Origin: Squalus acanthias
Lineage: Eukaryota
NCBI GenBank assembly: GCA_030390025.1
Contig: CM059432.1
Span: 53,198,001 to 53,262,000, forward strand
DNA: 64,000 nt
Direction of reading: 5' to 3'
Part shown: positions 24,194 through 37,820 of the stretch, in pieces
Layout of the letters: the number at the start of each line of letters is the position of its first letter
How positions within the stretch are numbered: position 1 is the stretch's first letter
The notes under the pieces: generated by a model
Seen by the model: only the letters and a program-made list of their open reading frames with translations
Database searches by the model: none
Told to the model about the DNA's origin: nothing
Made by a program: the position numbers and the translations under genes

Positions 24194-27100
24194 AGAACAT
24201 AAGAACATAAGAACATAAGAATATAAGAAATAGGAGCAGGAGCAGGCCATTCTGCCCCTCGAGCCTGCTCCGCCATTTAATGAGATCTTGGCTGATCCGA
24301 TTTTGGCCTCAACTCCAATTTCCTGCCTGTTCCCTATAACCCTTGACTCCCCTGTTGCTCAAAAATCTGTCTATCTCAGCCTTGAATATATTCAATGACT
24401 CAGCTTCCACAGCTCTCTGGGGAAAAGAATTCCAAAGATTCACAACCCTCTGAGAGAAGAAATTCCTCCTCATCTCCGTCTTAAATGGGCAACCCCTTAT
24501 TCTGAGACTATGCCCCCTCGTTCTAGATTCCCCCACGAGGGGAAATATCCTCTCAGCTTCTACTCCAATGAGTATAGGCCCAACCTGCTCAACCTTTCCT
24601 CATAAGGCAACCCTTCCATCCCAGGAATCAACCTAGGGAACCTTCTCTGAACTGCCTCCAATGCAAGTATATCCCTTCTTAAATAAGGGGACTAAAACTG
24701 TACGCAGTGTGGTCTCACCAGCGCCCTGTACAGCTGTGGCAAGACATCCTTACTTTTATACTCTATCCCCCTTGAAATAAAGACCAACATTCCTTTTGCC
24801 TTCCTAATTACTTGCTGCACCTGCATGTTAACTTCTTGTGTTTCATGTATGAGGACACCCAAATCCCTCTGTACCGTCGCATTCTGTAGTCTTTCTCCAT
24901 TTAAATACTATTTTTCTTTTCTATTTTTCCTACCAAAGTGGATAACTTCACATTTTCCCACATTATACTCCATCTGCCAAATTCTTGCCCACTCACTTAA
25001 CCTATCTATATCCCTTTGCAGACTCTTTGGGCTGAATTTTCATTGACCCGTGGAGGTGGGTTTGGAGGCGTGTGGGGGGTTAAAATTGCGAAAACTGGCG
25101 GGTGGGCACAAGCCCGCCTCCATCCCGCCTCCACGCAATTTTCATCAAATCGTGTCTGCTGGTCCCGACTCCGTCCCGTCTCTAAGAGGCGGGATAGGCT
25201 GTTAAGGCCCTTAACAAGCACTAAATTGCCTCTATAATGCCATTTTGAAAGGCCTTTGTGATTTTAACTCTTTTTCTACGTGAAGCACGCCTGTTCTGAA
25301 TCACGAATGTGAAACCTGGCGGGAGCACATTTGGATAGCTGACTATGGCTGGCTGGCTGGCTGGCTGGCTGGGAGTGGTGGTGAATGGGAGACATATCTG
25401 GGAGTGGTGGTGCAAAAATATCTGGGAGCAGACTTAGGGCTGCTGCTGCTCATTTTGCATCCAGGTCCTCTCACAGCAAAGGCCAGGCAGTCTTTGCAGA
25501 CCTTCAATGCAGCAGCAATGATGACATCAACAGAGGCGACTTTCAGACTGAAAACACTAATTGGGTCATGGGTTCCCACATGCTGGAACTCAATTGCCCA
25601 ATTAGGTGAAAATCGCATCAATCTCCCACATCCAATTGCAGTTGGGTGGATAACACGAAAAGTGGATGACATGACCCCAACCCGCCCCGTATCAAAATCC
25701 AGCCCTTTATGTCCTCCTCATAACTTGCTTTCCCAGCTATCTTTGTATCATCAGCAAATTTGGCAACAGTACACTCGGTCCCTTCATTCAAGTCATTAAT
25801 ATAGATTGAAAATAGTTGAGGCCCCTGCACTGATCCCTGTGGCACCCCACTAGTTACAGATTGCCATCCTGAAAATGACCCATTTATCCCAACTCTCTGT
25901 TTTCTGTTAGTTAGCCAATCCTCTATCCATGCTAATATATTACCCCCAACACCATGAGCTCTTGTCTTATGCAGTAACCTTTTATGTGGCACCTTGTCGA
26001 ATGCCTTTTGGAAATCCAAGTACACTACATCAACTGGTTCCCCTTTATCCACCCTGCTCATTACCTCCTCAAAGAACTCTAATAAATTTGTCAAACACGA
26101 TTTCCCTTTCATAAAACCATGCTGACTCTGTTTGATTGTATTTTGATTTTCTAAATGCCCTGCTACTACTTCCTTAATAATGGATTCGAGCATTTTACCA
26201 ATGGCAGATGTTAGGCTAACTGGCCTATAGTTTCCTGCTTTCTGTCTCCCTCCTTTTTTGAATAAGGCCATTACATTTGCGGTTTTCCAATCCGCTGGGA
26301 CTTTTCCAGAATCAAGGAACGTTTGGAAGATTACAACCAATGCATCCACTATCTCTGTAGCCACTTCTTTTAAGACCCTAGGATGCAGGCCATCAGGTCC
26401 AGGGGAATTGTCAGCCTTTAGACCCATAAGTTTGCCTAGCACTTTTTCTCTAGTGATAGTGATTGTTTTAAGTTCCTCCCTCCCTTTTGTCCCTTGATTT
26501 TCTACTATTACTGGGATGTTTTTAGTGTCCTCTACTGTGAAGACAGATAACAAATAATTGTTCAATGCCTCTGCCATTTCCTTGTTTCCCATTATTATTT
26601 CCCCAGTCTCATCCTCTAAGGGACCAATGTTTACCATAGCAAGTCTCTTCCTTTTTATATACTTGTAGAAGCTCTTACTGTCAGTTTTTATATTTCTTGC
26701 TAGTTTACTCTCATAAGCTATTTTCTCCCTCTTTATTTTTTTTTTAGTCATCCTTTGCTGGTTTCTAAAATTTTCCCAATCTTCTGGCCTACCACTAATC
26801 TTTGCAACATTGTATGCCTTTTCTTTCAATTTGATACTGTCCTTAACTTCCTTGGTTAGCCATGGTTGGTTCATCCTTCTCTTCGAGTCTTTCTTTCTCA
26901 CTGAAATATATCTTTGTTGAGAGTCATGAATATCTCTTTAAATGTCTGCCACTGCTTTTCTACTGTCTTACCTTCTAATCTATTTTCCCAGTCCACTTTA
27001 GCCAAATCTCTCCTCATACCTTTGTAATTGCCTTTATTTAAGTTTAATACTCTAGTTTCAGACCCACGTTTCTTACCTTCAAACTGAATGTGGAATTCTA

Positions 27101-27703
27101 TCATGTTATGATTACTCTTCCCTAGAGGATCCTTTACTATGAGATCATTAATTAATCCTGTTTCATTACACATTACCAGATCTAAAATAGCCTGTTCCCT
27201 GGTCGGTTCCACAATGTATTGTTCCAAGAAACTGTCCCGAATACACTCTGTGAACTCCTCCTCAAGGCTGCTTTTGCCAATTTGATTTGTCTAATCTATA
27301 TGAAGATTAAGATTGCTCACGATTATCACAGTACCTTTCTTACAAGCCCCCATTATTTCTTGATTTATACTCTGTCCTATAGTGTAGCTACTGTTAGGGG
27401 GCCTATAGACTACTCCCACCAGTGCCTTCTTTCCCTTACTATTTCTTACCTCCACCCAAATTGATTCTACATCTGGAACTTCCGAGCCAAGATCATTTCT
27501 CACTCTTGTACTGATCTCATTCTTTATTAACAGAGCTACCCCACCTCCTTGTCCTTTCTGTCTACCCTTCTGAAATGTCATATACCCCTGAATATTCAGT
27601 TCCCAGCCATGGTCACATTGCAACCATGCCTCTGTGATGGCCATTAGATCATACCCATTTATTTCTATTTGTGCCATCAATTCATCTATCTTGTTACGAA
27701 TGC
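24194..27703 (-). mobile_element. CR1 LINE (most of ORF2 + 3'UTR) inserted in L2; itself interrupted by MITE M1
   Basis: (AGAACATA)n tail at 24194. ORFs 24309, 25618, 26898 and 27291 carry EN and RT motifs. Confidence 0.93.
25029..25705 (+). mobile_element. Harbinger-type MITE family M1, copy 2 (variant interior)
   Basis: TIR GGGCTGAATTTT/AAAATCCAGCCC. TSD TTT. Splits CR1 RT at gactcttt|atgtcc. Confidence 0.92.
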
Positions 27704-30217
27704 TGTGTGGGAGGCCAGCCAGGAATGCGTTGGAATAGTCAAGTCTAGAGGTAACAAAGGCATGTATGAGGGTTTCAGCAGCGGATAAGCTGGGGCAAAG
27801 GCGGAGACGGGCGATGTTGCGGAGGTGGAAATAGGCGGTCTTAGTTATGCCACGGATATGTGGTTGGAAGCTCATTTCAGGGTCAAATATGACACCAAGG
27901 TTGTGAACAGTGTGGTTCAGCCTCAGGCAGATGTTAGGGACAGGGATGGAATCAATGGCTAGGGAATGGAGTTTGTGGTGGGGACTGAAAACAATGGCTT
28001 CGGTCTTCCCAATATTTAACTGGAGAAAATTTCTGCTCATCCAGAACTGGATGTCGGACAATCAGTCTAACAATTTAGAGACTGTGGAGGGGTCGAGAGA
28101 AGTGGTAGTGAGGTAGAGCTGGGTGTCTTCAGCATACATGTGGAAACTGACGCTGTGTTTTCGGATGATGTTGCCAAGGGGCAACATGTAGATGAGAAAT
28201 AGGAGGGGGCCAAGGATAGATCCTTGGGGGACACCAGAGGTAATGATGCGGAAGCGGGAAGCGAAGCCGTTGTGGGTGATTCTCTGGCTACAATTAGATA
28301 GATAAGAATGGAACCAGGCGAGTGCAGTCCCACCCAGCTGGACAATGGTGGAGAGGTGTTGGAGAAGGATGGAGTGGTCAACTGTGTCAAAGGCAGCAGA
28401 CAAGTCAACAAGGACAAGGAGGGATAGTTTACCTTTGTCACAGTCATTTGTGACTTTGATGAGAGCCGTTTCGGTACTGTGGTAGGTGCGGAAACCTGAT
28501 TGGAGGAATTCAAACATGGAGTTGCAGGAAAGATGGGCACGGATTTGGGAGGCGACAACACGTTCAAGGACTTTGGAGAGGAAAAGGAGGTTGGAGTAGG
28601 GATGGTAGACTGCAAAGACGGAGGGGTCAAGGGTTGTTTTTTTGAGGAGGGGTGATGATGGCAGATTTGAGGGAGAGGGGGACAGTACCTGAGGAGAGAG
28701 AACTATTAACAATGTCAGCTAACATGGGAGCCAGAAAAGGAAGTTGGGTGGTCAGCAGTTTGGTGGGAATAGGGTCAAGGGAGCAGGAGGTGGGTCTCAT
28801 CGACAAGATGAGCGCAGAGAGGTCATGAGAGGAGATCAGAGAGAAACTGGAGAAAGATGTGAATTCAGGGCTAGGGCAGGGGGGAACCTTAGAGGAAGTT
28901 TGGCCCGGTGGACTAGGGGAAGGAAGGGAAGTGGCAGAGGCTGCTGAACGGATGGTCTCAATCTTACAGACAAAGAAATCCGTGAGCTCCTCCCACTTGT
29001 TGTCGAAGGTGAGGGTGGAGGAGACAGGGGAGAGGGATTTTTAGAAGACGGTTAGCAGTGGAGAATAGAAGCTGGGGTTTATCTTTGCATCTGGACAGGA
29101 CCTCTTTGTAGTCTGTCCCCATGCAGATGGCTGAACTTGCTGAGGGAATTCTTTGCAGGTGAGGCATGGCAGGAACTAGCATGCTCGAGCGAGTTGTGTC
29201 TCAGGGTGATTCACCCTTAATACCACCTAGCCAGCCCACTCAAATGATCTATTCAGAGAATGAAAGTGAGCAGAGCCCAAGCAGCCATCTCATCATTGCA
29301 CAAGTAGGAAGTTAGCGTTGTCACGCGCATCATTAAATGGCGTATTAGAAATATCTGCATATCTAATTTACTAGCGCCCAAAATGCCTCTTGCTTCTGTT
29401 TATTTGGCATGGTAAGGCCTGTTATGATAACTGTGGTGGTGTTCTCTGTGTATGAATAACATTAAAGGTTCAGGTGAGGGAGAACAGTCAGTAAATGAGG
29501 GTCTCGAATATATGCACAGTTTCATGTAGCTTTTGTTATTTTCTGTTAAAATGCCACATATTACAGTTTGTTCTATTGTATTTGAGGTTTAATTAAGAAT
29601 GTAAACAAATACTTCATTAGCAACTGACAAAAGAGCTTCAACTTATACCATCTCTTTCCACAGTTGGCAAACCGTTGTGTGCGAGTCAATTTGAAATGTG
29701 TGTTTTGTTTTTTATAGTTCAAATGAAAATGCTTTGATGTGGTGAGCTTAGCAAACCATTAATGCCAGCGGGCTTTACAAGGTCTGTGTGAACCACAATC
29801 AGCATTTTAGATGATCAGTACCAGGATTTATCAAAGAAAACTTGACAGTTGCTCGTTAGTATTTGTAGCTATCTACCAAGGCATTTATGTCATTTGGGAT
29901 TAATTTGGATCATCTAATTTTTCATCCAGATGAGACATTAATTATTGGCCGATGTAGTGCATTTTTAAAACACACTGAAGTGAAATTGTGGCCGGAATTT
30001 TTGCTTGAAGACAGGTAGGGAGCAGGGGTGGAGGGGGCTGGAATGCGGACGGGAAACCCGGGAGAACGAGGTTTCGCGAATTTAATGGCAAGGCCTGATA
30101 TAATTTTTTTAATCTGTTTCCCGCCAGACAGCCAGATTGAGAGGCTGGCTGTCGGGCAGAAAGGCCTGGGGAGCAGAGAGGAGGAAGACCGGGACCGTCG
30201 GCGGTGGTTGGGGCCAG

Positions 30218-33200
30218 CATTGTCGGAGGGGGTCGGGGCCAGGGATTGTCGGAGGGGGTCGGGGCCAGGAATTGTCGGAGGGGGTTGTGGCCAGGATTGT
30301 CGGAGGGGGTCGGGCTCAGGATTGTCGGAGGGGGTCGGGAGTCAGGGATTGTTGGAGGAGGGGGGCGAAGGATTGTCGGAGGGGATCGGGGTCAAGGATT
30401 GTCGGGGGGGCGAAGGATTGTCGGAGGGGGTCGTGGTCAGGATTGACGCGGGGGTCGGGGTGAATGATTGTCGGAGGAGGGAGGGGCCAGGGATTGTCTA
30501 GTGGGGAGGGGCCAGGGATTGTCAGAGCGGGTCGGGGTCAGGGATTGTCGGAGGTGGTCGGGGTCAGGGATTGTCGGAGGTGGTTGGGGTCAGGGATTGT
30601 TGGGGGGGGGGCGAAGGATTGTCGATGGGGGTCGGGGTCAGGATTGTCACAGGGGGTCGGGGTCAGGATTGTCACAGGGGGTCGGGGTCAGGGTTGACAG
30701 AGGGGGAGGGGCCAGGGATTGTCGGAGGGGGTCGGGGCCAGGGATTGTCGGAGGGGGTCGGGGCCAGGATTGTCGGAGGGGGTCGGAGTCAGGGATTGTC
30801 GGAGGGGGAGGGCTCAGGATTGTCAGAGGGGGTCGATGTCAGGATTGACGGAGGGGATCGGGGTGAAGGATTGTCGGAGGGGGTCGGGGCCAGGATTGTC
30901 GGAAGGGGTCGGGGTCAGGATTGACGGAGGGGGTCGGGGTAAAGGATTGTCGGAGGGGGTCGGGGCCAGGATTGTCGGAGGGGGTCGGGGTGAAGGAATG
31001 TTGGAAGGGGTCGGGGCCAGGATTGTCGGAAGGGGTCAGAGCCAGGATTGTTGGAGGGGGGAGGGGCCAGGGATTGTCGGAGAGGGTCAGGGTCAGGAAT
31101 TGTTGGGGTCAGGGATTGTCGGATGGGGTCGGGGTCAGGAATTGTTGGAGGGGGTCGGGGTCAGGATTGTCGGAGGGTGTCGGGGTCAGGATTGACGGAG
31201 GGGGTCGGGGTGAAGGATTGTTGGAGGGGGTCAGAGCCAGGATTGTCGGAAGGGGTCAGAGCCAGGATTGTCGGAGGGGGTAGGGATCAGGGTTTGTCAG
31301 AGGGGGTCAAGTTCAGGATTGTCGGAGGGGGTCGGGATCAGGGATTGTCGGAGGGGGTCGGGGTCAGGATTGTCGGAGGGGGTCAGGGCCAGGATTGTCA
31401 GAGGGGGTCAGGGCCAGGATTGTCGGAGGGGGTTGGGGTCAGGATTGTCGGAGGGGGTCGGGATCAGGGATTGTCGGAGGGGGTCGGGGTCAGGATTGTC
31501 GGAGGGGGTCAGGGCCAGGATTGTCGGAGGGGGTTGGGGTCAGGATTGTCGGAGGTGGTCGGGGTCAGGGATTTTCGGAGGAGGTCGGGGTCAGGATTGT
31601 CGGAGGGGGGCGGGGCGAAGGATTTTTGGACGGGGTCAGGGCGAAGGATTGTCAGAGGGTGTCGGGGTCAGCGATTGTCGGAGGGGGTCGGGGTCAGGGA
31701 TTGTTGGAGGGGGTCGGGGTCAAGGATTGTTGGAGGGGGGGCGGGAAGGATTGTCGGTGGGGGTCGGGATCAGGATTGTCGGAGGGGGTCGGAGTCAGGA
31801 TTGACGGAGGGGGTCAGGGTGAAGGATTGTCGGAGGGGGGAGGGGCCAGGGATTGTCGGAGGGGAGGGGCCTGGGATTGTCGGTGGGGGTCGGGGTCAGG
31901 GATTAAGAACATAAGAACATAAGAAATAGGAGCAGGAGTAGGCCAATCGACCCCTCGAGCCTGCTCCGCCATTCAATAAGATCATGGCTGATCTGATCCT
32001 AACCTCAAATCTAAAGAACACAAGAAGTAGGAGCAGGACCCTTCCACTCAGCCCCTGGGCCCGCTCCGCCACCCACAGAGCCTTGACCGATCCGAACTCA
32101 GACTCATGTCCAATTTTCTGCCCGCTCCCCGTAACCCCTAATTCCCTTTACTTCTAGGAAACTGTCTATTTCTGTTTTAAATTTATTTAATGATGTAGCT
32201 TCCACAGCTTCCTGAGGCAGCAAATTCTACAGACCTACTACCCTCTGAGTGAAGAAGTTTCTCCTCATCTCAGTTTTGAAAGAGCAGCCCCTTATTCTAA
32301 GATTATGCCCCCTAGTTCTAGTTTCACCCATCCTTGGGAACATCCTTACCGCATCCACACGATCAAGCCCCTTCACAATCTTATATGTTTCAATAAGTTC
32401 GCCTCTCATTCTTCTGAACTCCAATGAGTAGAGTCCCAATCTACTCAACCTCTTCTCATATGTCCACCCCCTCATCCCCGGGATTAACCAAGTGAACCTT
32501 CTTTGTACTGCCTCAAGAGCAAGTATGTCTTTTCTTAAGTATGGACACCAAAACTGTATGCAGTATTCCAGGTGCGGTCTCACCAATACCTTATATAACT
32601 GCAGCAATACCTCCCTGTTTTTATAATCTATCCCCCTAGCAATAAAAGCCAACATTCCGTTGGCCTTCTTGATCACCTGCTGCACCTGCATACTAACTTT
32701 TTGATTTTCTTGCACTAGGACCCCCAGATCCCTTTGTACTGCAGTACTTTCCAGTTTCTCGCCATTAAGATAATAACTTGCTCTCTGATTTTTCCTGCCA
32801 AAGTGCATAACCTCACATTTTCCAATATTGTATTGCATCTGCCAAATCTCCGCCCACTCACCCAGCCTGTCTATATCCCCTTGTAGATTTTTTATGTCCT
32901 CCTCACTTTCTACTTTCCCTCCCATCTTTGTATCATCTGCAAACTTTGATATGTTACACTCGGTCCCCTCCTCCAAATCGTTAATATAGATTGTAAAGAG
33001 TTGGGGACCCAGCACCGACCCCTGCGGAACACCACTGGCTACTGGTTGCCAGTCCGAGAATGAACCATTTATCCCAACTCTCTGCTTCCTGTTAGATAAC
33101 CAATCCTCCACCCATGCCAGAATATTCCCCCCAATCCAGTGATTTTTTATCTTGAGCAATAATCTTTTATGTGGCACCTTGTCGAATGCCTTCTGGAAGT

Positions 33201-36066
33201 CTAAATACACTACGTCCACTGGTTCCCCTTTATCCACCCTGTACGTTATGTCCTCAAAGAACTCAAGCAAATTTGTCAGACATGACTTCCCCTTCATAAA
33301 GCCATGCTGACTTTGTCCTATTAAATTATGTTTATCTAAATGTTCCGTTTCTGTCTCCTTAATAATAGACTCCAAAATTTTACCCACCACAGATGTTAGG
33401 CTAACTGGTCTATAATTTCCAGCCTTCTGCCTACTACCCTTTTTAAATAAGGGTGTTACATTAACAGTTTTCCAATCTGCCGGGACCTTTGCTGAGTCCA
33501 GGGAATTTTGGAAAATTATTACCAAAGCATCCGACATTGTCGGTGGGGGTCTGGGTCTGGGATTGTCAGAGGGGGTCTGGGCCAGGGATTGTTGGAGGGG
33601 GTCAGAGTCAGGGATTGTCGGAGGGGGTCGGGGCCAGGATTGTCAGAGGGGGTCGGAGTCAGGGATTGTCGGAGGGGGTCGGGGTGAAGGATTGTCTGAG
33701 GGGGTGGGGCCAGGGATTGTCGGAGGGGGGAGGGGCCAGGGATTGTCGGAGAGGGTCGGGGTCAGGTATTGTTGGGGTCAGGGATTGTCAGAGGGAGTCG
33801 GAGTCAGGCTTGTCGGAGGGGGTTGAGATCAGGATTGTCGGAGGGGGTGAGGGTGAAGGATTGTCGGGGGGGAGAGGCCAGGGATTGTCGGGGGGGAGGG
33901 GCCAGGGATTGTTGGAGGGGGTCGGGGTCAGGGATTGTCGGGGTCAGGGATTGTCGGAGGGAGTCAGGGCCAGGGATTGTCGGACGGGTTCGAGGTCAGG
34001 ATTGTCACAGGGGGTCGGGGTCAGGGATTGTCAGAGGGGGAGGAGTCAGGGATTGTCGGAGGGGGTCGGGGTCAGGATTGTCGGAGGGGGTCGGGGCCAG
34101 GGATTGTCAGAGGGGGTCGGGGTCAGGATTGTCGGAGGGGGGCGGGGCGAAGGATTTTTGGACGGGATCAGGGCGAAGGATTGTCAGAGCAGGTCGGGGC
34201 CAGGGATTGTCAGAGTGTGTCGGGGGCAGCAATTGTCGGAGGGGGTCGGGTCCTGGGATTGTCAGAGGCGGTCGGGGATCAGGGATTGTTGGAGGAGGGG
34301 GGGGCGAAGGATTGTCGGAGAGGGTCGGGGCCAGGGATTGTCAGAGGGTGTCGGGGTCGGGGATTGTCGGAGGGTGTCGGGGTCAGGGATTGTCGGAGGG
34401 AGTCGGGGTCAGTGATTGTCAGAGGGGGTCGGGGTCAGGATTGTCGGAGAGGGTCGGGGCCAGGGATTGTCAGACGGTGTCGGGGTCGGGGATTGTCGGA
34501 GGGTGTCGGGGTCAGGGATTGTCGGAGGGAGTCGGGGTCAGTGATTGTCAGAGGGGGTCGGGGTCAGGATTGTCGGAGAGGGTCGGGGCCAGGGATTGTC
34601 AGACGGTGTCGGGGTCAGCGATTGTCGGAGGGGGTCAGGGCCTGGGATTGTCAGAGGGGGTCGGGGATCAGGGATTGTTGGAGGAGGGGGGGCGAAGGAT
34701 TGTCGGAGTGGGGGGGGGGGTCAGGATTGTCGGAGGGGGTTGGGGTCAGGGATTGTCGGAGGGGGTCGGGGCCAGGGATTGTCGGACGGGGTTGGGGCCA
34801 GGATTTTCGGAGGGGGTCGGGGTCAGGGATTGTCGGAGGGGGAGGGGTCAGGATTGTCGGAGGGGGGAGGGGTCAGGATTGTCGGAGGGGGTCGGGGGGA
34901 AGGATTTTCGGAGGGGGTCTGGGCGGAGGATTGTCGGAGGGGGAGGGGTCAGGATTGTCGGAGGTAGAGGGGTCAGGATTGTCGGGGGGGTCGGGGTCAG
35001 GATTGTCGGAGGGGGTGGTGTCAGAGATTGTCAGAGGGGGAGGGGTCAGATATTGTCGGAGAGGGTCGTGGTCAGGATTGTCGGAGTCAGGGATTGTCGG
35101 AGGCGGTCGGGATCAGGATTGTCGGAGGTGGTCGGGATCAGGATTGTCCGAGGCGGTCGGGATCAGGGATTGTCGGAGGGTGTCGGGGTTAGGGATTGTC
35201 GGAGGGGGTCGGGATCAGGGATTGTCTGAGGAGGTCGGGGTTAGGGATTGTCGGAGGAGGTCGGGGTCAGGGATTGTCGGAGGAGGTCGGGGTCAGGATT
35301 GTCGGAGGGGGGCGGTGCGAAGGATTTTTGGAGGGGGTCCGGGCGAAGTATTGTCGGAGGGGGTCGGGGCGAAGCATTGTCGGAGGAGGTCGGGGCCAGG
35401 ATTGTCGTAGAGGGTTGGGGCCAGGGATTGTCGGAGGGTGTCGGGGCCAGGGATTGTTGGAGGACGGGGGGCGAAGGATTGTCGGAGGGGGTCGGGGTCA
35501 GGGATTGTCGGGGGGTTGAAGGATTGTCGGAGTGGGGGGGGACGAAGGATTGTCGGAGGGGGAGGGGCCAGGGATTGTCGGAGGGGGTTGAAATCAGGAT
35601 TGTCAGAGGGGGTCGGGGTGAAGGATTCTTGGAGGGGGGAGGGGCCAGGGATTGTCAGGGGGAGGGGCCAGGGAATGTCGGAGGGGGTCGGGGCCAGGAT
35701 TGTCGGAGGGGGTCGGAGTCAGGGATTGTCGGAGGGGGGAGGGGCCAAGGATTGTCAGAGGGGGAGGGGCCAAAGATTGTTGGAGGGGGAAGGGCCAAGA
35801 TTGTCGGAGGGGGAGGAGCCAAGGATTTGCAGAGGGGGAAGGGGCCAAGGGTTGTCGGAGGGGGGTGGGACCAAGGATTGTTGGGGGGGCCGGGCCAAGG
35901 ATTGTCGGGGGGAGGGGCCAAGGATTGTTGGGGGGTGGGGGGCCAAGGATTGTCGGAGAGGGGAGGGGCCAAAGATTGTCGGAGAGGGAAGGGGCCAAAG
36001 AATGTCGGAGAGGGGATGGGCCAAAGATTGTCGGAGAGGGGATGGGCCAAAGATTGTCGGAGGGGG
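30218..36066 (+). repeat. G-rich minisatellite, ~25-26-bp unit GGATTGTCGGAGGGGGTCGGGGTCA(G), about 4.2 kb net, split by a CR1
   Basis: Directly visible in sequence. It causes the many Gly/Ser/Arg ORFs in this interval. Confidence 0.97.
31905..33532 (-). mobile_element. 5'-truncated young CR1 (subfamily B) inserted in the minisatellite
   Basis: Tail at 31905. 436-aa RT ORF 32227-33537. Highly similar to 2771-4082. Probable att TSD. Confidence 0.95.
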
Positions 36067-36904
36067 TCCGGAAGTTTAGGCTCAAACTCATTTGCATATC
36101 ACCGACCGTAAAATCTGCCATGAACCAGTGCAATCGGGGAGCGCTTTACAATGTAATTTAAAAAAATTGCTTTCAAAAATATTTCTTGATATATTTAAGG
36201 GTGGTAACCTGGTGCAGTTTTATTAATGTAGATGAAAATGGGTTTATTAAAAAAATAAGATTTTTACTCAGTGTCTAGTGCACCAGCAGTGAGCAACCCA
36301 GTTTTAAATAACTGAAAATTACTTAAAAAAACTATACAGAACCATTTACTAGTTATATTGGTGTACAGTAGTCAGTTTCTTAGTAAATTAAAAAAAAATT
36401 ATACTTAAAAGCTTTTAAAACCTGCCATTTAGTGTCCTTGCACCCAAAAGTACCAGTTTAATTTTAAGAGCCTCCTAGAAGGCCTGCAAAGGCATGGAAT
36501 TAGCCCAAACTCACCATGGTGATGAATTCAATCTGGGGGCATGGCCAGTTTCATGGGGGGGGCCTGCTTCGAGCGCAAAGTTTTTTAAACTAGCGTTTGA
36601 TATTCCGCGATCTTTTGCGCTGGTTTAGTTGATTTCGGGCGAATTGCGTTGAAAAAAGCAGCGCAACCTGGCGGAAACTCCAGGCCCTGATGTACACTCC
36701 TAGTGCATGAAACTCCATTCTGGGAGTGCCAATTTGTAAAATATACCCTCCCTTAAGTACAACCCAATATAAGTTTGGTATAACAGCAAATGCTCACTGC
36801 TAGTGACCTAAAGAATGCAATTTAACCAATTTAGAGGGTATGGAAGTCAAAAGGACAGAGAATACCAATGTTACAGCCCTGATTTTGCCCTCCCAGTAAA
36901 ATAT

Positions 36905-37022
36905 ATGCTGGAAATGGCGGAAATCAAAAAACAAAAATTCTGGAACTACACAGAAAGTCAGTCAGCATCTGTAAAGTCAAAAGACAAGTTACCATTTCAG
37001 ATGTGTACCCTTCATCAGAATT
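36905..37022 (-). mobile_element. Degenerate Penelope-like family B fragment
   Basis: Minus strand ctgatgaagggtacacatctgaaatggtaac...cagatgctgactgac resembles 50523-50627. Confidence 0.55.
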
Positions 37023-37229
37023 CAAAAAGGGTTGTTGCCAGCACAAAGTCAGCCCACAGCATGCTGAGCTGAGCAGATCATTTGAATGATTAATATAACC
37101 AGCACAGTTCTGGCCTTACTCTGATAGCTAGCCTAATGGGTCACGCAAAATCTGGATAGCAGTTCAAATTTATAGGGATGAGTCCACTTAAATGTAGGAG
37201 TTAACTGCAGTGTCTCAGATGGTTGGAAG

Positions 37230-37465
37230 TAGGTAGCAGTATTCTGAAGGTATCTACTCTGGGATCACTTCTTCTCATTGTGTACAATGATTTGGATATA
37301 GGGCCAAAGGGAGTGGTGTCCAAATTTCCAGATGATAATAAAATGGGAGGCATAATGAATAATTCTGAGGATCAAAGGAAGCTGGAAGGGGATATGGATA
37401 AGTTGGTGGACCAGGCAAAAAAGTGGCAAATGGGATTTAATGTCACAAAGTGTGAGGTGGTATAT
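37230..37465 (+). mobile_element. Old CR1 RT fragment
   Basis: YNDLD.G.KGVVSKFPDDNKMGG...KWQMGFNVTKCEV. Confidence 0.75.
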
Positions 37466-37475
37466 ATGCTATCTT

Positions 37476-37820
37476 TGTAATCTTCTCCAACTCTACAACC
37501 CTCTGAGATCTCTGCACTCCTCCAATCCTGGCCACTTGCGCATGCCCAATTTTAATTGGTCCTCCTTTGGCAGCCGTGCCTTCAGCTACCTAGACCCTAA
37601 GTTCTGGAATTCCCTCCCTAAACCTCTCCGCCTCTCTACCTCTCTCTCCTCCTTTAAGACACTCCTTAAAACCTACCTCTTTCACCAAACATTTGGTCAG
37701 CTGCCCTAATATCTCTTTAGGTCACTCGGTGTCAAATTTTGTTTGATAACGCTCCTGTGAAGCGCCTTGGGATGTTTTATTACGTTATAGGCACTATATA
37801 AATGCAAGTTGTTGTTGTTG
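37476..37820 (+). mobile_element. L2 LINE 3' fragment
   Basis: GSRAFSYL.PK.WNSLP...FKTLLKTYLF, followed by the tail ggcactatataaatgcaagttgttgttg. Confidence 0.9.

Larger units (their letters stand above)
23431..29097 (-). mobile_element. L2 LINE in three pieces (23431-23708, 23924-24197, 27706-29097) hosting nested inserts
   Basis: (CAA)n cttgtatttatatagcgcc 3' tail. L2-type RT motifs QSGFR..HSTETAL, DLSAAFDTVDH, YAEDTQLY, LQLNIGKTE and TSRLDYSN. Confidence 0.9.
29990..36686. mobile_element. Harbinger-type non-autonomous element (family M2-like end) carrying an expanded minisatellite
   Basis: Left end GGCCGGAATTTT and 30115-30165 are reverse-complement homologous to 42905-42960 and 44790-44952. 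Putative right end aaactccaggcc. No clean TSD. Confidence 0.6.

Noticed and set aside
27291..28061. 256-aa ORF as a novel RT-endonuclease fusion protein
   Set aside because: Chance in-frame junction between the L2 RT C-terminal region and the inserted CR1 endonuclease.
29648..29705. Possible micro-exon (ctttccacag ... gtgtgt)
   Set aside because: Too short, with no recognisable protein similarity.
30218..36066. CRISPR-like regular repeat
   Set aside because: Tandem units with no unique spacers, eukaryotic context and no cas genes.
30028..36161. Many long Gly/Ser/Arg-rich ORFs (up to 491 aa)
   Set aside because: They are overlapping frames of a stop-poor minisatellite, not protein-coding evidence.
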